DNA of 64,000 nucleotides from Paenibacillus sp. Lineage in GTDB: Bacteria; Bacillota; Bacilli; Paenibacillales; NBRC-103111. Numbering within the stretch: position 1 is the first letter of the stretch; each line of letters opens with the position of its first letter. The stretch spans positions 171,516 through 235,515 of the forward strand of contig JAPSLM010000006.1 in the NCBI GenBank assembly GCA_031180825.1, given 5' to 3'. Under the pieces are notes generated by a model. The model had not been told where the DNA came from. It saw nothing but the letters and a program-made list of their open reading frames with translations, and searched no databases. Position numbers and translations under genes: made by a program. This document shows positions 46,731 to 57,230 of this stretch, piece by piece.

Positions 46731-48703
46731 TAAGCTTTTGCCCCCCTTGCCAGTTGCTCTGTCCGCTTCACTTCATCGACCGGAATGTAATAGTCGGTAT
46801 CGTACGAGAACGAACGCGCCAGCATGCAGATTGCGATGCCGACAAGCGCCGGAATCGTCAGCCACATCCAGTTCCATACGAACCCGAACCCGGCGAAGAA
46901 CCAGAGCGCGGACTTGATGAACGGAATCGCCGAGTTTTTCGGCATATGGATCGGCTCCAGCTTCGCATCCGGAATCGGAGCGAGCGGCTTCTCGCCTCTC
47001 TGCTTCCGCTCCCACCAGTCGTCCGTTTCCTGCACGGTCGGCGTAATGGCGAAGTTGTACATCGGCGCCGGCGACGGAATCGTCCATTCGAGCGTGCGGC
47101 CGTCCCAAGCGTCGCCTGTCGTATCTTTTTCATGATTTTTGATGCTGTATGCGATCTGCCATACTTGGAAAATGAACGCAATCCCCATCAGGAAGCCGCC
47201 GATCGTCGAAACGAAGTTAAGCGGTCCCCAGCCCATGTCAAAATCGTACGTATACGTACGGCGCGTCATGCCGTCGAGTCCGAGGAAATATTGCGGCATG
47301 AAGCAGATATAGAAGCCGATGTTCCAGAACCAGAACGCCCATTTGCCGAGACGCTCGTTCAGCCTGAAGCCGAACATTTTCGGCCACCAGTAGTACAGAC
47401 CTGCGAAGTATCCGAACACGACGCCGCCGATCAGCACTTGGTGGAAGTGCGCAATCAGGAAGTAGCTGTTGTGAAATTGGAAGTCAGCAGGAGCAACGGA
47501 CAGCAGCACGCCGGTCATCCCGCCGATAACGAAGCACGGAATGAACGCGACCGCCCACATCATCGGTGTCGTGAACCGGATCCGGCCGCGGAACATCGTA
47601 AACAGCCAGTTGAACACCTTAACCCCTGTCGGTATGGCGATCAGCATGGTCGTTATCGCGAAGAACGCATTGACATCCGCGCCCGAGCCCATCGTGAAGA
47701 AGTGGTGGACCCACGTAAAGAACGACAGCACGCTGATCCCGATCATCGCGAATACCATCGAAGAGTAGCCGAACAGCTTTTTCCGGGAGAAGGTCGCAAC
47801 CACCTCGGAGAAAATACCGAACGCCGGCACGACGACGATATACACTTCGGGGTGACCCCACATCCAGATCAAGTTGATATACATCATCGGGTTGCCGCCG
47901 CCGTCGAGCGTGAAGAAATGCGCGCCCGCAAAGCGGTCAAGGAACAGCAGGAACAACGTCACGGTCAAAATCGGGAACGCGAAAATGATCATGATACAGC
48001 TGGACAGCACCGACCAGGAAAACATCGGCATGTTCATCAGCTTCATGCCGGGCGCGCGCATTTTGAGAATCGTCACGATAAAGTTGATCCCCGTCGCCAA
48101 GCTCCCGATCCCTGAGATCTGGATGCCCCAGATGTAGAAGTTTTGACCGACGCCCGGGCTGTGGGACAGCTCGGACAGCGGCGGATAAGCGAGCCAGCCC
48201 GCATCCGGCGAACCGCCGATGACGAACGAAATGTTGAACAGCATCGCCCCGAAGAAGAACAGCCAGAAGCTGAGCGAGTTCAGGAACGGAAAGGCGACGT
48301 CGCGCGCGCCGATTTGCAGCGGGACGACGACATTGAACAAACCGAACATGAGCGGCATCGCCATAAACAGAATCATGATGACGCCGTGCGTCGTGAAGAT
48401 GGCGTTATAGTGGTCTGCCTGCAAAAATTCAACGCCGGGCATCGCCAGCTGCAGCCGCATGAGCAGCGCGTCGACGCCGCCGCGGAACAGCATCAGAATG
48501 GAGCAAATAATATACATGATGCCGATCCGCTTATGATCGACGGTCGTCAGCCATTCGCGCCACAGCCAGCCCCATTTTTTGAAATACGTAAGCACGAAAA
48601 CGATGGCCACCATCGCAAGCCCGATGCTTACCTGTGCCCCGAGAATGAGCGGATCCCCGGTGACGAAAAACTCCGATGCGAATTGTTTTATGGTATCCAG
48701 CAT
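46730..48703 (-). CDS. cyoB: Heme-copper quinol oxidase subunit I (qoxB/cyoB)
   Basis: TVDHKRIG, WGHPEVY, WVHHFF, AHFH. Confidence 0.96.
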   Translation of the reverse strand: MLDTIKQFASEFFVTGDPLILGAQVSIGLAMVAIVFVLTYFKKWGWLWREWLTTVDHKRIGIMYIICSILMLFRGGVDALLMRLQLAMPGVEFLQADHYNAIFTTHGVIMILFMAMPLMFGLFNVVVPLQIGARDVAFPFLNSLSFWLFFFGAMLFNISFVIGGSPDAGWLAYPPLSELSHSPGVGQNFYIWGIQISGIGSLATGINFIVTILKMRAPGMKLMNMPMFSWSVLSSCIMIIFAFPILTVTLFLLFLDRFAGAHFFTLDGGGNPMMYINLIWMWGHPEVYIVVVPAFGIFSEVVATFSRKKLFGYSSMVFAMIGISVLSFFTWVHHFFTMGSGADVNAFFAITTMLIAIPTGVKVFNWLFTMFRGRIRFTTPMMWAVAFIPCFVIGGMTGVLLSVAPADFQFHNSYFLIAHFHQVLIGGVVFGYFAGLYYWWPKMFGFRLNERLGKWAFWFWNIGFYICFMPQYFLGLDGMTRRTYTYDFDMGWGPLNFVSTIGGFLMGIAFIFQVWQIAYSIKNHEKDTTGDAWDGRTLEWTIPSPAPMYNFAITPTVQETDDWWERKQRGEKPLAPIPDAKLEPIHMPKNSAIPFIKSALWFFAGFGFVWNWMWLTIPALVGIAICMLARSFSYDTDYYIPVDEVKRTEQLARGAKA

Positions 48704-48744
48704 GAGTGGGCCTCTTTTCTATGTGAAATAAGTCGAGCGTTCAT

Positions 48745-49797
48745 TTATTTTCCGGAGGCGCCGTGAGCGCCGTGAGCTCCGTGTCCGCTGCCGCCGGCCG
48801 TTCCATGAGCCCCATGGCCTTGGCCCTCGGTTATGTCCTCCATCTTGTTGCTGCCGCTGACCGCAGCGCCCGGCTTCCCGCCGGATTCGTTTCCGCTGCC
48901 GCCGGGTACTGCTCCGTGAGCGCCATGAGCGCCATGCGAGCCGCCGACCGCATATTTCGTAACGATGTTGTAGAACAGGTTATCCGGGAACGACGAGAAG
49001 AACTGCTCGCCCGAGCGGCCCGGCTTGGCCAATGCGTCATAGCCGGCTTGGGTCAACGGACTTGCCGACTTTTTGATCCCTGCGGCCCACTTGTCGAACT
49101 CTTCCCGCGACGTGGCGTGAACGTCGAATTTCATATCGTTAAAATGCTCCCCGCTGAAGTTCGCCGCGGTGCCAAAATATTTGCCTGCCTCGTCGGCTTG
49201 CAGATACAAGGTCATCGCCATGCCGGACATCGTATACATTTGTCCGCCAAGCTGCGGGATCCAGAACGAGTTCATCGGAGCGTCTGACGTCAATTCGAAC
49301 TTGATCGGCACGCCCTTCGGAATTTGCAAATAGTTCACCGTCGCAATTCCCTGCTCCGGGTAAGTAAACAGCCATTTCCAGTCCAACGACGTCGCTTGAA
49401 CGACGATCGGCTTCTGGTCCGATTCGATCGGCTTGGAAGGCTCCAATGCGTACGTATATTTTACCGTCACGCCAGCCAGAATAAGGATGATCACGATCGG
49501 GATCCCCCACCAGATCATCTCCAGCTTCGTACTGTGCGACCAATTCGGCTTGTAGGCCGCCTTGTTTCCTTTCGCGTCGCGATAGCGCCATACGATGACC
49601 GCCGTCATGGCCAGCACGGGCACCAGCACGATCAGGCAAAGCACGGTCGAGATCACGATCAGGTCTCGCTGGTCTTGGGCAATCGGCCCTTTCGGGTCGA
49701 ACACCATCATTTCTTGTCCGCAGCCGGTCAGCAGCGCCATCATCAGGATGAACAGCAGCGCTAGCGAAATTCGGCCGATCTTTACCGGTTTTCTCAT
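48745..49797 (-). CDS. cyoA: Quinol oxidase subunit II (lipoprotein) with His/Gly-rich tail
   Basis: LTGC lipobox, PKGP, DWKWLF.YP, MNSFWIPQLGGQ; no CuA ligands. Confidence 0.94.
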   Translation of the reverse strand: MRKPVKIGRISLALLFILMMALLTGCGQEMMVFDPKGPIAQDQRDLIVISTVLCLIVLVPVLAMTAVIVWRYRDAKGNKAAYKPNWSHSTKLEMIWWGIPIVIILILAGVTVKYTYALEPSKPIESDQKPIVVQATSLDWKWLFTYPEQGIATVNYLQIPKGVPIKFELTSDAPMNSFWIPQLGGQMYTMSGMAMTLYLQADEAGKYFGTAANFSGEHFNDMKFDVHATSREEFDKWAAGIKKSASPLTQAGYDALAKPGRSGEQFFSSFPDNLFYNIVTKYAVGGSHGAHGAHGAVPGGSGNESGGKPGAAVSGSNKMEDITEGQGHGAHGTAGGSGHGAHGAHGASGK

Positions 49798-49841
49798 GTC
49801 GATCCTCTCCCACGCTCTCCGAATGCTATGATTGTTCTGAC

Positions 49842-49857
49842 TGTGAGCCAGATCACT
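49842..49857. promoter_or_regulatory. Fnr/Crp-like box upstream of the oxidase operon
   Basis: TGTGA-GCCAGA-TCACT. Confidence 0.45.
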
Positions 49858-50053
49858 CTATAGATCCACCATAACAGATTACGACAAAATGTTCGCGGTA
49901 CTTAACAAATACGTCAAGGTTTCGTCATTATTCTGCAAAATAATTTTCACGAAGCTGACAAATTTTTTGCACTTGTCAAAATATGACACTCGAATAAACG
50001 TCAAAAACCCCTTCGGGGAATCCCGAAGGGGCTAAAATTGCGCATTATTCCAT

Positions 50054-50320
50054 TTATTTACTGTCGTCTTCCGTTTTCGCTCTGGAATGAACAAGGTGGA
50101 TTGCCGTGCGGATCACATAGATATGAACGCTGCCGACCATGAACCCGACCCCGACCATAAGGGACGTGTTACGATCGCTGAAGTCATGCAGGTTCAATAA
50201 ACTAAGCAGCAATCCGATTCCAAGCAGCACCCACGCTGTTGCCGTCATCAAAGCTACCAATCTGCCCACGTTGCGCTCGTTTCCAGTTCCTTCGGCCAAG
50301 ACTGCCGTTTTCGTTGTCAT
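50054..50320 (-). CDS. Small two-TM hypothetical membrane protein
   Basis: AGGAG RBS, ATG 50320, two hydrophobic helices, downstream hairpin. Confidence 0.7.
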   Translation of the reverse strand: MTTKTAVLAEGTGNERNVGRLVALMTATAWVLLGIGLLLSLLNLHDFSDRNTSLMVGVGFMVGSVHIYVIRTAIHLVHSRAKTEDDSK

Positions 50321-50432
50321 AGCGATCACTCCTAAATCACTGAAAGTGCTTTCTCTTCCAATAGTATACCACACTTTTGCGATTTTGTTCATATAAAATT
50401 CAATTTTTGATCAAATTTCCGACAAAAATTTT

Positions 50433-51185
50433 TCAAGAACCCGTTCGAATCTCCAATAGCGAATCGATGAGAAAGTCCGCATCCTCGGACAGCGCCTCTC
50501 TGGAGCCGTCATACGTCACAATCCCGACAGCGATGCTTCCCGCGGCCTTCGCCATCTTCATATCGACAACGGAATCGCCGACGACCACCAGCTCATGGGG
50601 AGAAATCCCCAGCTGCTCACAGGCTTTAAAGACCATGTCCGGGCTTGGCTTGCCTTTCTCCACCTGCTCCGGGGTAATGAGAAAATCGAGCCGCTCCTTG
50701 ACTCCGAGCAAATCCATGCACTGCTCGGCTCTTGTCCATTTGTCCGAGGTTAAGATCCCTGTCCGGATCCCTTCATCAAGCAGCGACAGGATGACTTCCG
50801 ATGCCCCCTCTTTGGCTTGGAACGCTTGATCCAGCATCGTATTCTCGTCCGCCAGCCGGAAGACGGACTCCGCTTTGGCTTTGCATTCCGTCCACGGCCA
50901 GCCCTTCAACTGATAGAAAGCTCCGGCGGTGAGAATGATTTCCTCCAAGGTCGTCGCTATGGCCAGCACGCCGTTATGATCTACCTCGCCGGCTCCTCGA
51001 ATGCCCATCAGCTTCTCCCATTGCTCCTCATGCTCTTCCCCGGCCAGGTTCAGAAACTGCTGCTTTCGCAGCGTATCGATATATACCCAAAAGGCCACGG
51101 CATCGAACAATGTACCGTCCTTATCGAATCCTACCGCCTTCGCTTCAACCTTCGTATCGCCAATCCATAAGCTTTTGCCGCCCAT
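50433..51185 (-). CDS. HAD family hydrolase (phosphatase)
   Basis: FDKDGTL, GKP.PD, VVGDS..D motifs. Confidence 0.92.
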   Translation of the reverse strand: MGGKSLWIGDTKVEAKAVGFDKDGTLFDAVAFWVYIDTLRKQQFLNLAGEEHEEQWEKLMGIRGAGEVDHNGVLAIATTLEEIILTAGAFYQLKGWPWTECKAKAESVFRLADENTMLDQAFQAKEGASEVILSLLDEGIRTGILTSDKWTRAEQCMDLLGVKERLDFLITPEQVEKGKPSPDMVFKACEQLGISPHELVVVGDSVVDMKMAKAAGSIAVGIVTYDGSREALSEDADFLIDSLLEIRTGS

Positions 51186-51199
51186 AAAATGTACCCTCC

Positions 51200-52276
51200 T
51201 TAGATCTCCCTGCTGCCGAACTTTTCCCGTAAAACGGTTTCGATTTCTTCTCTTGTGGTTAAAAACCTAAATTCCGACTCAAACGTTCGCTTTTCATGAG
51301 GCAGCAGCTCCTCCAGCCTGCCCTCCCGCCGCTCGGCCGCTCTTCCGTTCAGTCCGCAGTTGGCCGGTTCGAAGCCGACCGCATAGATGCCTTGTTTGAT
51401 GCCCTTCCATAGCGAAAACCGGGGAAACTGCCGCGAATCGTAGGAATACACAAACGCGATATCTTCCCGTGGATTTACGAGCATCAGATGGCATTTCCCG
51501 TTTTCGTCGGGCTCCACTTCCGCATGGATAACCTCCTCATCCACAGCAATACTAGGACCGGGGATAAGCGAATAATGCTCCAGGTCCGCATCCGGCGTGC
51601 CCTCCCATGCTCTTACATTCGTTATGGAACCGACGATGCAGGAGCCTTCATCGACCAAAGGAAATCCCAGGTTGATATGATATAACAGCATGAGCGGAGC
51701 CGCCGTGCAGCCTTGGTTGATGACCTCGTCCTCGATTTTGATCATATTGGAACCGAAAACGGTCGTGATCGATCGCTTGAGCTCCAGCTGCTCATGAAAC
51801 ACCGAAGCTTGCTCGACACACCCGCGAACGGACAACCTGTACTCCTCTCCGATCCACTCCTCTACGTAGGCGGTTTGACGGGCAGGGAGATTGGATATTC
51901 TTCCATGCAGCCCTAGCTCCTCCTCCCCGTCACGGCACGGCTCACCTGCTTGGGTTAACCCGCACGTCGTCAGCAGACCGCCGGAAAAATTGCGCAGCCA
52001 CCCCGTCCCGGCCGGCTCGAAATATTCGCCGGAGGCGTAGCCGACGGGCGAGATCCACGCCATCGGAATGCCGTCGCATTCCACCTGCCCGAGATCCATC
52101 CCCCGGTCGGCCAACACGGTAAAGCGCAGCCTCCCGTTGCGCACGTCGAAAGCGCGCAGGCCTTTGGCTTTGCCCTCGGCAAAAGCAAACGGTTGAATGC
52201 CGGCCAATTGCCGGTAAGCTCCGACCTTGGGCCTCCATTGTTCTTTTTTATAATGTAAGTAAGCTTTTCTCGCCAT
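51200..52276 (-). CDS. Aldose 1-epimerase family protein (DUF4432)
   Basis: DRGMD, GG.L.TCGL, LHGRISN, LYH.N.GFP, G.EP. Confidence 0.88.
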   Translation of the reverse strand: MARKAYLHYKKEQWRPKVGAYRQLAGIQPFAFAEGKAKGLRAFDVRNGRLRFTVLADRGMDLGQVECDGIPMAWISPVGYASGEYFEPAGTGWLRNFSGGLLTTCGLTQAGEPCRDGEEELGLHGRISNLPARQTAYVEEWIGEEYRLSVRGCVEQASVFHEQLELKRSITTVFGSNMIKIEDEVINQGCTAAPLMLLYHINLGFPLVDEGSCIVGSITNVRAWEGTPDADLEHYSLIPGPSIAVDEEVIHAEVEPDENGKCHLMLVNPREDIAFVYSYDSRQFPRFSLWKGIKQGIYAVGFEPANCGLNGRAAERREGRLEELLPHEKRTFESEFRFLTTREEIETVLREKFGSREI

Positions 52277-52298
52277 TTCTCCATCCGTCCCGCTTCCG

Positions 52299-53075
52299 CT
52301 ACGATTTTTTCAATACGCTTTTTCCCGCAAACGCGATAATCGCCAATGAAAAGACAATGAACAGCGAATAGATGGCATTAATTTGCGGCGAATACCCGTA
52401 CCGGATCATCGACCAAATTTGCATGGGCAGCGTATTGTCCGTTCCGATCAGGAAGAACGTCACGACGATCTCGTCGAACGATACCGTGAGTCCCAGTAAA
52501 GCTCCGCCGACCAAAGCCCCTTTGATATTAGGCAGCGTGACGTAGAAAAACGTTTTTAACGGAGAGGCCCCCAGATCCATGGAAGCCAGCTCCAAATTTT
52601 TGTCCAGACGTTTTAACCGGTCCATCACCATAATCATCACTACGGGTGTAATAATGACGACATGCCCGAGCGTAACCGTGAGCAAAGAGGCGGAGAGCTG
52701 CAGCGTTTTGAAAAATAAAGTCAACGCGATGCCGCTAATGATACCCGGCAAAATATAAGGCAGCAATAGGGAAAGCTGCAAAAAGCTTCTCCCGGCAAAC
52801 TTATGACGCTGGAACAAAAAGGCCGCTGTTGTGCCCACCAGAATCGCAAGCAGCATAGCGGGGACGCTGACCGTCAGGCTGTTTTTGGCGGCCAGCCAAA
52901 GCTTCGGCTCTTGAAACAGCTTCACGTACCAGTCGAAGGTAAACGCCTTGATCGGGAGCGCCGGGATGCGCGACGCGTTGAAGCTGAACAGCACGGTGAC
53001 CAGAATGGGTAAATACAAGAACAGATACACGGCCGCGGCAAACAGAATGCAAGCCCATTTCTTGACGTAGTTCAA
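52299..53075 (-). CDS. PotC-like ABC permease
   Basis: FLYLPI, E.AS.DLGA, SFDE, TLP; probable TTG start 53075. Confidence 0.9.
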   Translation of the reverse strand: MNYVKKWACILFAAAVYLFLYLPILVTVLFSFNASRIPALPIKAFTFDWYVKLFQEPKLWLAAKNSLTVSVPAMLLAILVGTTAAFLFQRHKFAGRSFLQLSLLLPYILPGIISGIALTLFFKTLQLSASLLTVTLGHVVIITPVVMIMVMDRLKRLDKNLELASMDLGASPLKTFFYVTLPNIKGALVGGALLGLTVSFDEIVVTFFLIGTDNTLPMQIWSMIRYGYSPQINAIYSLFIVFSLAIIAFAGKSVLKKS

Positions 53076-53089
53076 GGTCAGTCCCCCCG

Positions 53090-53935
53090 CTAATTTTCTT
53101 CGAATGTTCCTTTGACATCCCCCAGCTTCCTCAAAATCAAAATGACCAGCAGCAAGCATAGCAGCAAAATGACGGCCAAGGAGGCGCCGAGCGGCCAGTT
53201 AAAGCTGTTGCCGAATTGGGTCTGAATCATATTGCCGAACAAAATTCCCGATGCCCCTCCGACCAAAGCGGGAGCCATATAATCGCCGACGGCGGTAATG
53301 AAGGCAAACATGAACCCGGTTGCAATACCGGGCAAGCTTAATGGGGCAACAATGTGTGTAAACGTATAAAATGCCGTTCCCCCTAAATCTTCCGAAGCCC
53401 GGACCAACGAAACCGGGATTTTCTCAATGGTGGTATAGATCGGAATGAACGTGAACGGAATGGCTATGCACAACACGGTAACGATAACGGAGAAATTGTT
53501 GAACAGCAGGCCCGTTGTCGGCTTTTCCAAAACACCGGCAAGCATCAGAACGGAATTGATAAACCCGTTTTCCCCTAAAATGGAGCGCCACGCATAAATC
53601 CGCACCAGGTATCCGACCCATAACGGCGCAAGAACACCCAAAAACAGCACGGTTTTGAAGGCTCCTCCTTTATAATGAACGATCAGGGCCATCGGATAGC
53701 TGATAAGAACAGCCAGACAGGCGATAAGAACGGAAAGCTTCAGCGTCTTCAGCAGCAGCTGCAGGTAAATCGGATCGGTGAAGAAAGCGATATAATTTGC
53801 CAAAGTCAGCGTCCGCACGAGTTTGAATTGATCGACCTTCCAAAAACTGTATAAACCCATGGTGCCGATGGGGATAAGAATAAACAAAATGACCCAAAGG
53901 GAGATTAACGAGATCAGAATCCGTTTATTGTTCAT
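53090..53935 (-). CDS. PotB-like ABC permease
   Basis: LVR.YAW, G.IN, PLSLPG, NWP.GA; start ATG 53935. Confidence 0.9.
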   Translation of the reverse strand: MNNKRILISLISLWVILFILIPIGTMGLYSFWKVDQFKLVRTLTLANYIAFFTDPIYLQLLLKTLKLSVLIACLAVLISYPMALIVHYKGGAFKTVLFLGVLAPLWVGYLVRIYAWRSILGENGFINSVLMLAGVLEKPTTGLLFNNFSVIVTVLCIAIPFTFIPIYTTIEKIPVSLVRASEDLGGTAFYTFTHIVAPLSLPGIATGFMFAFITAVGDYMAPALVGGASGILFGNMIQTQFGNSFNWPLGASLAVILLLCLLLVILILRKLGDVKGTFEEN

Positions 53936-55016
53936 CGGTCTCACCTGTATTCTGAACAACGGTTGCGTCTTCCGGCCTGAAATAAAGATCGATAAACATT
54001 CCCGGAGCAATCCGGCGATGCTTATCCTGCTCCGTAATCCTCAGGAGAAACAGAAGCTCTCCCTTTAGCTTGAGCGCGACCTCGATTTCCGAGCCGTAAT
54101 ACGTTTCCTCCACGACGAAAGCGCCTTCGATTTTGTTTGTATAGGTTTCGTCTTCCGGGGAGAAGCGGATTTTCTCCGGACGTACCGACAAATAGGCTGC
54201 ATTCGGACCGTGCGGAGCTTCGACGCGGAATGTTTCTCCGTTGCCGCATTGAAACACATCATCCCGGATCATCCGGCCCGGCAGCAAATTCGTCTTTCCG
54301 ATGAATCCGGCGACAAATTTCGTTTGCGGATGATTGTAAATTTCGGCCGGGGTGCCTACCTGATGCAGACGGCCGCGCTTCATGACCGCAATCCGGTCCG
54401 ATAAGCTCAAGGCTTCCCCTTGATCGTGCGTAATATAAATAAACGTAATGCCGACTTCCCTTTGCAAATGCTTCAATACCTTCTGCATATCCTGCCTTAA
54501 ATGAAAGTCCAGAGCAGACAGCGGTTCGTCCAGCAGCAAAATATCGGGGCTCGAAATCAAAGCTCTGGCCAGAGCGACCCGCTGCTTCTGGCCGCCGCTC
54601 AGCTGATCCGGTCTGCGTTCCGCAAATTCCCGCATGCTTACCATCTCCAGGCTGTCCATCACCCTTTTGGCCATTTCCGCTTTGGGGACTTGCTTGATTT
54701 TCAGAGGGTAGGCGACATTCTGAAATACGGTCATATGCGGAAACAAGGCGTAATTTTGAAATACGGTATTGACATTTCGTTTATAAGGAGGCTGGCCGCT
54801 TGCGTTTACACCTGAAATCCGAATCTCCCCGCCGGTAGGATATTCAAATCCGGCGATCATTTTCAGGATGGTCGTTTTTCCGCAGCCGCTCGGACCTATG
54901 ATCGAAAAAAATTCGCCTTTGCCGACCGACAGATTCAACCGCTTGATTGCAGTGAAATGCCCGTAATCCTTGACCACATTGATCATTTCCAAGACCGGTT
55001 GGCTATCGTTCATCAT
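53925..55016 (-). CDS. PotA-like ABC ATP-binding protein
   Basis: GPSGCGKTT, VFQNYALFPH, LSGGQ.QR, THDQ.EA. Confidence 0.93.
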   Translation of the reverse strand: MMNDSQPVLEMINVVKDYGHFTAIKRLNLSVGKGEFFSIIGPSGCGKTTILKMIAGFEYPTGGEIRISGVNASGQPPYKRNVNTVFQNYALFPHMTVFQNVAYPLKIKQVPKAEMAKRVMDSLEMVSMREFAERRPDQLSGGQKQRVALARALISSPDILLLDEPLSALDFHLRQDMQKVLKHLQREVGITFIYITHDQGEALSLSDRIAVMKRGRLHQVGTPAEIYNHPQTKFVAGFIGKTNLLPGRMIRDDVFQCGNGETFRVEAPHGPNAAYLSVRPEKIRFSPEDETYTNKIEGAFVVEETYYGSEIEVALKLKGELLFLLRITEQDKHRRIAPGMFIDLYFRPEDATVVQNTGETDEQ

Positions 55017-55069
55017 GATCGTCTTTCCTTTCTTCTATAGAAGGGGATGGATGAATTTCTCGCAAAGCC

Positions 55070-56167
55070 TTAGTTGGCTTTAACCTCGTTCCAAAGCTTA
55101 ACCCGTTTTTCGAAGCTTTCCGGAAAAGCGACGTATACCAGATGATTAAAATAATCCATATCGTCCATATGGGCTTCTTTCGCTTCTTTTTCCGAGATGT
55201 GCTTAACGGCCTCTTGATTCACAACCCCATAGCCCGCTTTTTTGACCACCTGCGCCTGCACCTCCGCGGAGATCAAATAGTCGATATAGAAATGAACCAA
55301 TTCCGGATTTTGGGATTTCGCGCCAATGGTAACGTTATCAATCCACACCAGCGCTCCTTCTTTGGGAACGACTTCGACGACATCCATTCCCGCTTTTTGC
55401 AAATCCGTCACCATCGTCGGCCCCTGGGTATAGATGACCCAGGCCTCTCCGCTGGCCATTAAATTTTTTCCGTCTTCAAAGCCCGTATAATAGGAACGGA
55501 CAAGCTGCTTTTGTTCGATCAGCTTTTGTTTGACCTGCTGCATTTGATCGTCCGTTAATTGGTAAGGATCTTTGAACCCGAGCAGCAAGGCGGCCATCGA
55601 AATCTGGTTGTTGGCGTCGTCAACCGTGGCGATCTTGCCTTTATACTTGTCGTCCCATAAAACGGACCACGAATCGACGGGCTCCTTGATTTTTTCCCGG
55701 TTGACGGCCAGTGGCAGCGAGCCCCAGGCGAAGGGAAGAGCGTAGGCTTTCCCCTCGAACGTCACATGCTTTTCGTTCAGTTTGTTCATGGTGGGAATGA
55801 GCTGCGCGGTGTTTTTCAATTTGGAAGTATCGATTGGCTGAATCAGGTTCAGCTTCTGGTACCGGGTCACGGAACCTCCGTCCATAAAGATCAAATCGTA
55901 ATGGACAGAGCCCGAAGCCGCTTTGGCGAACATCTCGTCGACGCTTCCGGCGTAAGAAACGTTCACTTTGACCCCATACTTTTCTTCGAACGGCTTGACC
56001 CATTCGTCCTCCTGGTAGCCCTCCCACGACAGGACGTTCAGCGTCTGCCCTTTATAAACGGATTCCGGGCCGCCTTGACCGGCTTGTTGACCCGGCTGAT
56101 TGCTGCAAGCGGCGAACCAACACATGAGACAAACAACGACAGCGATGCGAATTCCGACTTTAAGCAA
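55070..56167 (-). CDS. PotD/PotF-like substrate-binding lipoprotein
   Basis: Lipobox FAAC, W.GY, P..WG, PKEG...W.D. Confidence 0.9.
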   Translation of the reverse strand: MLKVGIRIAVVVCLMCWFAACSNQPGQQAGQGGPESVYKGQTLNVLSWEGYQEDEWVKPFEEKYGVKVNVSYAGSVDEMFAKAASGSVHYDLIFMDGGSVTRYQKLNLIQPIDTSKLKNTAQLIPTMNKLNEKHVTFEGKAYALPFAWGSLPLAVNREKIKEPVDSWSVLWDDKYKGKIATVDDANNQISMAALLLGFKDPYQLTDDQMQQVKQKLIEQKQLVRSYYTGFEDGKNLMASGEAWVIYTQGPTMVTDLQKAGMDVVEVVPKEGALVWIDNVTIGAKSQNPELVHFYIDYLISAEVQAQVVKKAGYGVVNQEAVKHISEKEAKEAHMDDMDYFNHLVYVAFPESFEKRVKLWNEVKAN

Positions 56168-56182
56168 AGCTTGTCCCCTCCT

Positions 56183-57211
56183 TTATGAACTCCAGTCAAT
56201 GACCGTTTTGATCGCACAAGAGGAATGGCCTTCCTCCATAAACGCTTTCACTTGCTCCGGCTTAAGAACTTGCCCTACCAACGACTCCATTTCGATGTAC
56301 CCGCGGCTTACGGCTTCAATCGCTCTCGGCCAGACGGACGGCGCGTTCGTGCGCCCGTAGATCGTCAAGTTTTTGAGAATAATTTCCCGGTGAGGGAATG
56401 CACTCGTCTCGCTATCCTTGAAGCCATAGAAGATCATTCTGCCGCCGATTTTCGCATAACGGACCGCGGCCTGCACCGTCTCCGACAGACCTACGGCGTC
56501 GATCACAAGGTCGAAGCCCTGGTTGCGGATGTATTCGTCCGTTTGTTCGACAGCTTTCATGTTAACGCTTTCAATAATGACAGTGGCTCCCGCTTTCTTT
56601 AGCCATTCCACCCGCTCCGGCAGCTTATAGACGACCGTTACGGCAGCGGCTCCTCTCATTCGGGCAATCTGCGTAAAATATAAGGCCGCCGGGCCGTCCC
56701 CAAAAACAAGCACTTTATCGCAGGCATTCACCCCCGCAGCCTCGACGGCTCCAAACGGACACGTCATAGGTTCAAACACCGCAGCCGCAAGGTCGCTCAT
56801 CGTGTCCGGAATGCGGTGGACGCATCGTGCGGGAACGACCGCATAATCGGCCCAGCCGCCGTTCATATTGATTCCGAGCTCACGGTAGTTGAGACAAAAT
56901 TCCGGCTTTCCGGACTGGCAGGAAAGGCAAGCTTCACAAGGGACGGCAGGGTCGATGACGACCCGTTCCCCTTCGCTCAAAGCGGATTGCGCATTGCCCG
57001 TTTTCACTATTGTCCCGGTCAGCTCATGTCCTAAAATATAGGGAGGCCGGTACGGAAATTTCCCTTGCAAAATTTCTTGATCCGTCGCACAGATTCCCGC
57101 ATAAGACACTTTAACCAGCACTTCATCGTTCTTCACTTCCGGTACGGGGACGTGGCGCAGCTGAAGTACGCCCGGCCCTTCCCATATAAGCGCGCGCATC
57201 GTTTCCGGCAT
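56183..57211 (-). CDS. Zn-dependent medium-chain alcohol/polyol dehydrogenase
   Basis: GIC.TD, GHE, C-x2-C-x2-C-x7-C; start ATG 57211. Confidence 0.92.
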   Translation of the reverse strand: MPETMRALIWEGPGVLQLRHVPVPEVKNDEVLVKVSYAGICATDQEILQGKFPYRPPYILGHELTGTIVKTGNAQSALSEGERVVIDPAVPCEACLSCQSGKPEFCLNYRELGINMNGGWADYAVVPARCVHRIPDTMSDLAAAVFEPMTCPFGAVEAAGVNACDKVLVFGDGPAALYFTQIARMRGAAAVTVVYKLPERVEWLKKAGATVIIESVNMKAVEQTDEYIRNQGFDLVIDAVGLSETVQAAVRYAKIGGRMIFYGFKDSETSAFPHREIILKNLTIYGRTNAPSVWPRAIEAVSRGYIEMESLVGQVLKPEQVKAFMEEGHSSCAIKTVIDWSS

Positions 57212-57230
57212 GGATGGAAGCCTCCTCTTG

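Noticed and set aside
46712-48115. 467 aa plus-strand ORF (likewise 60750-61997)
   Set aside because: Shadows of cyoB and gltT.
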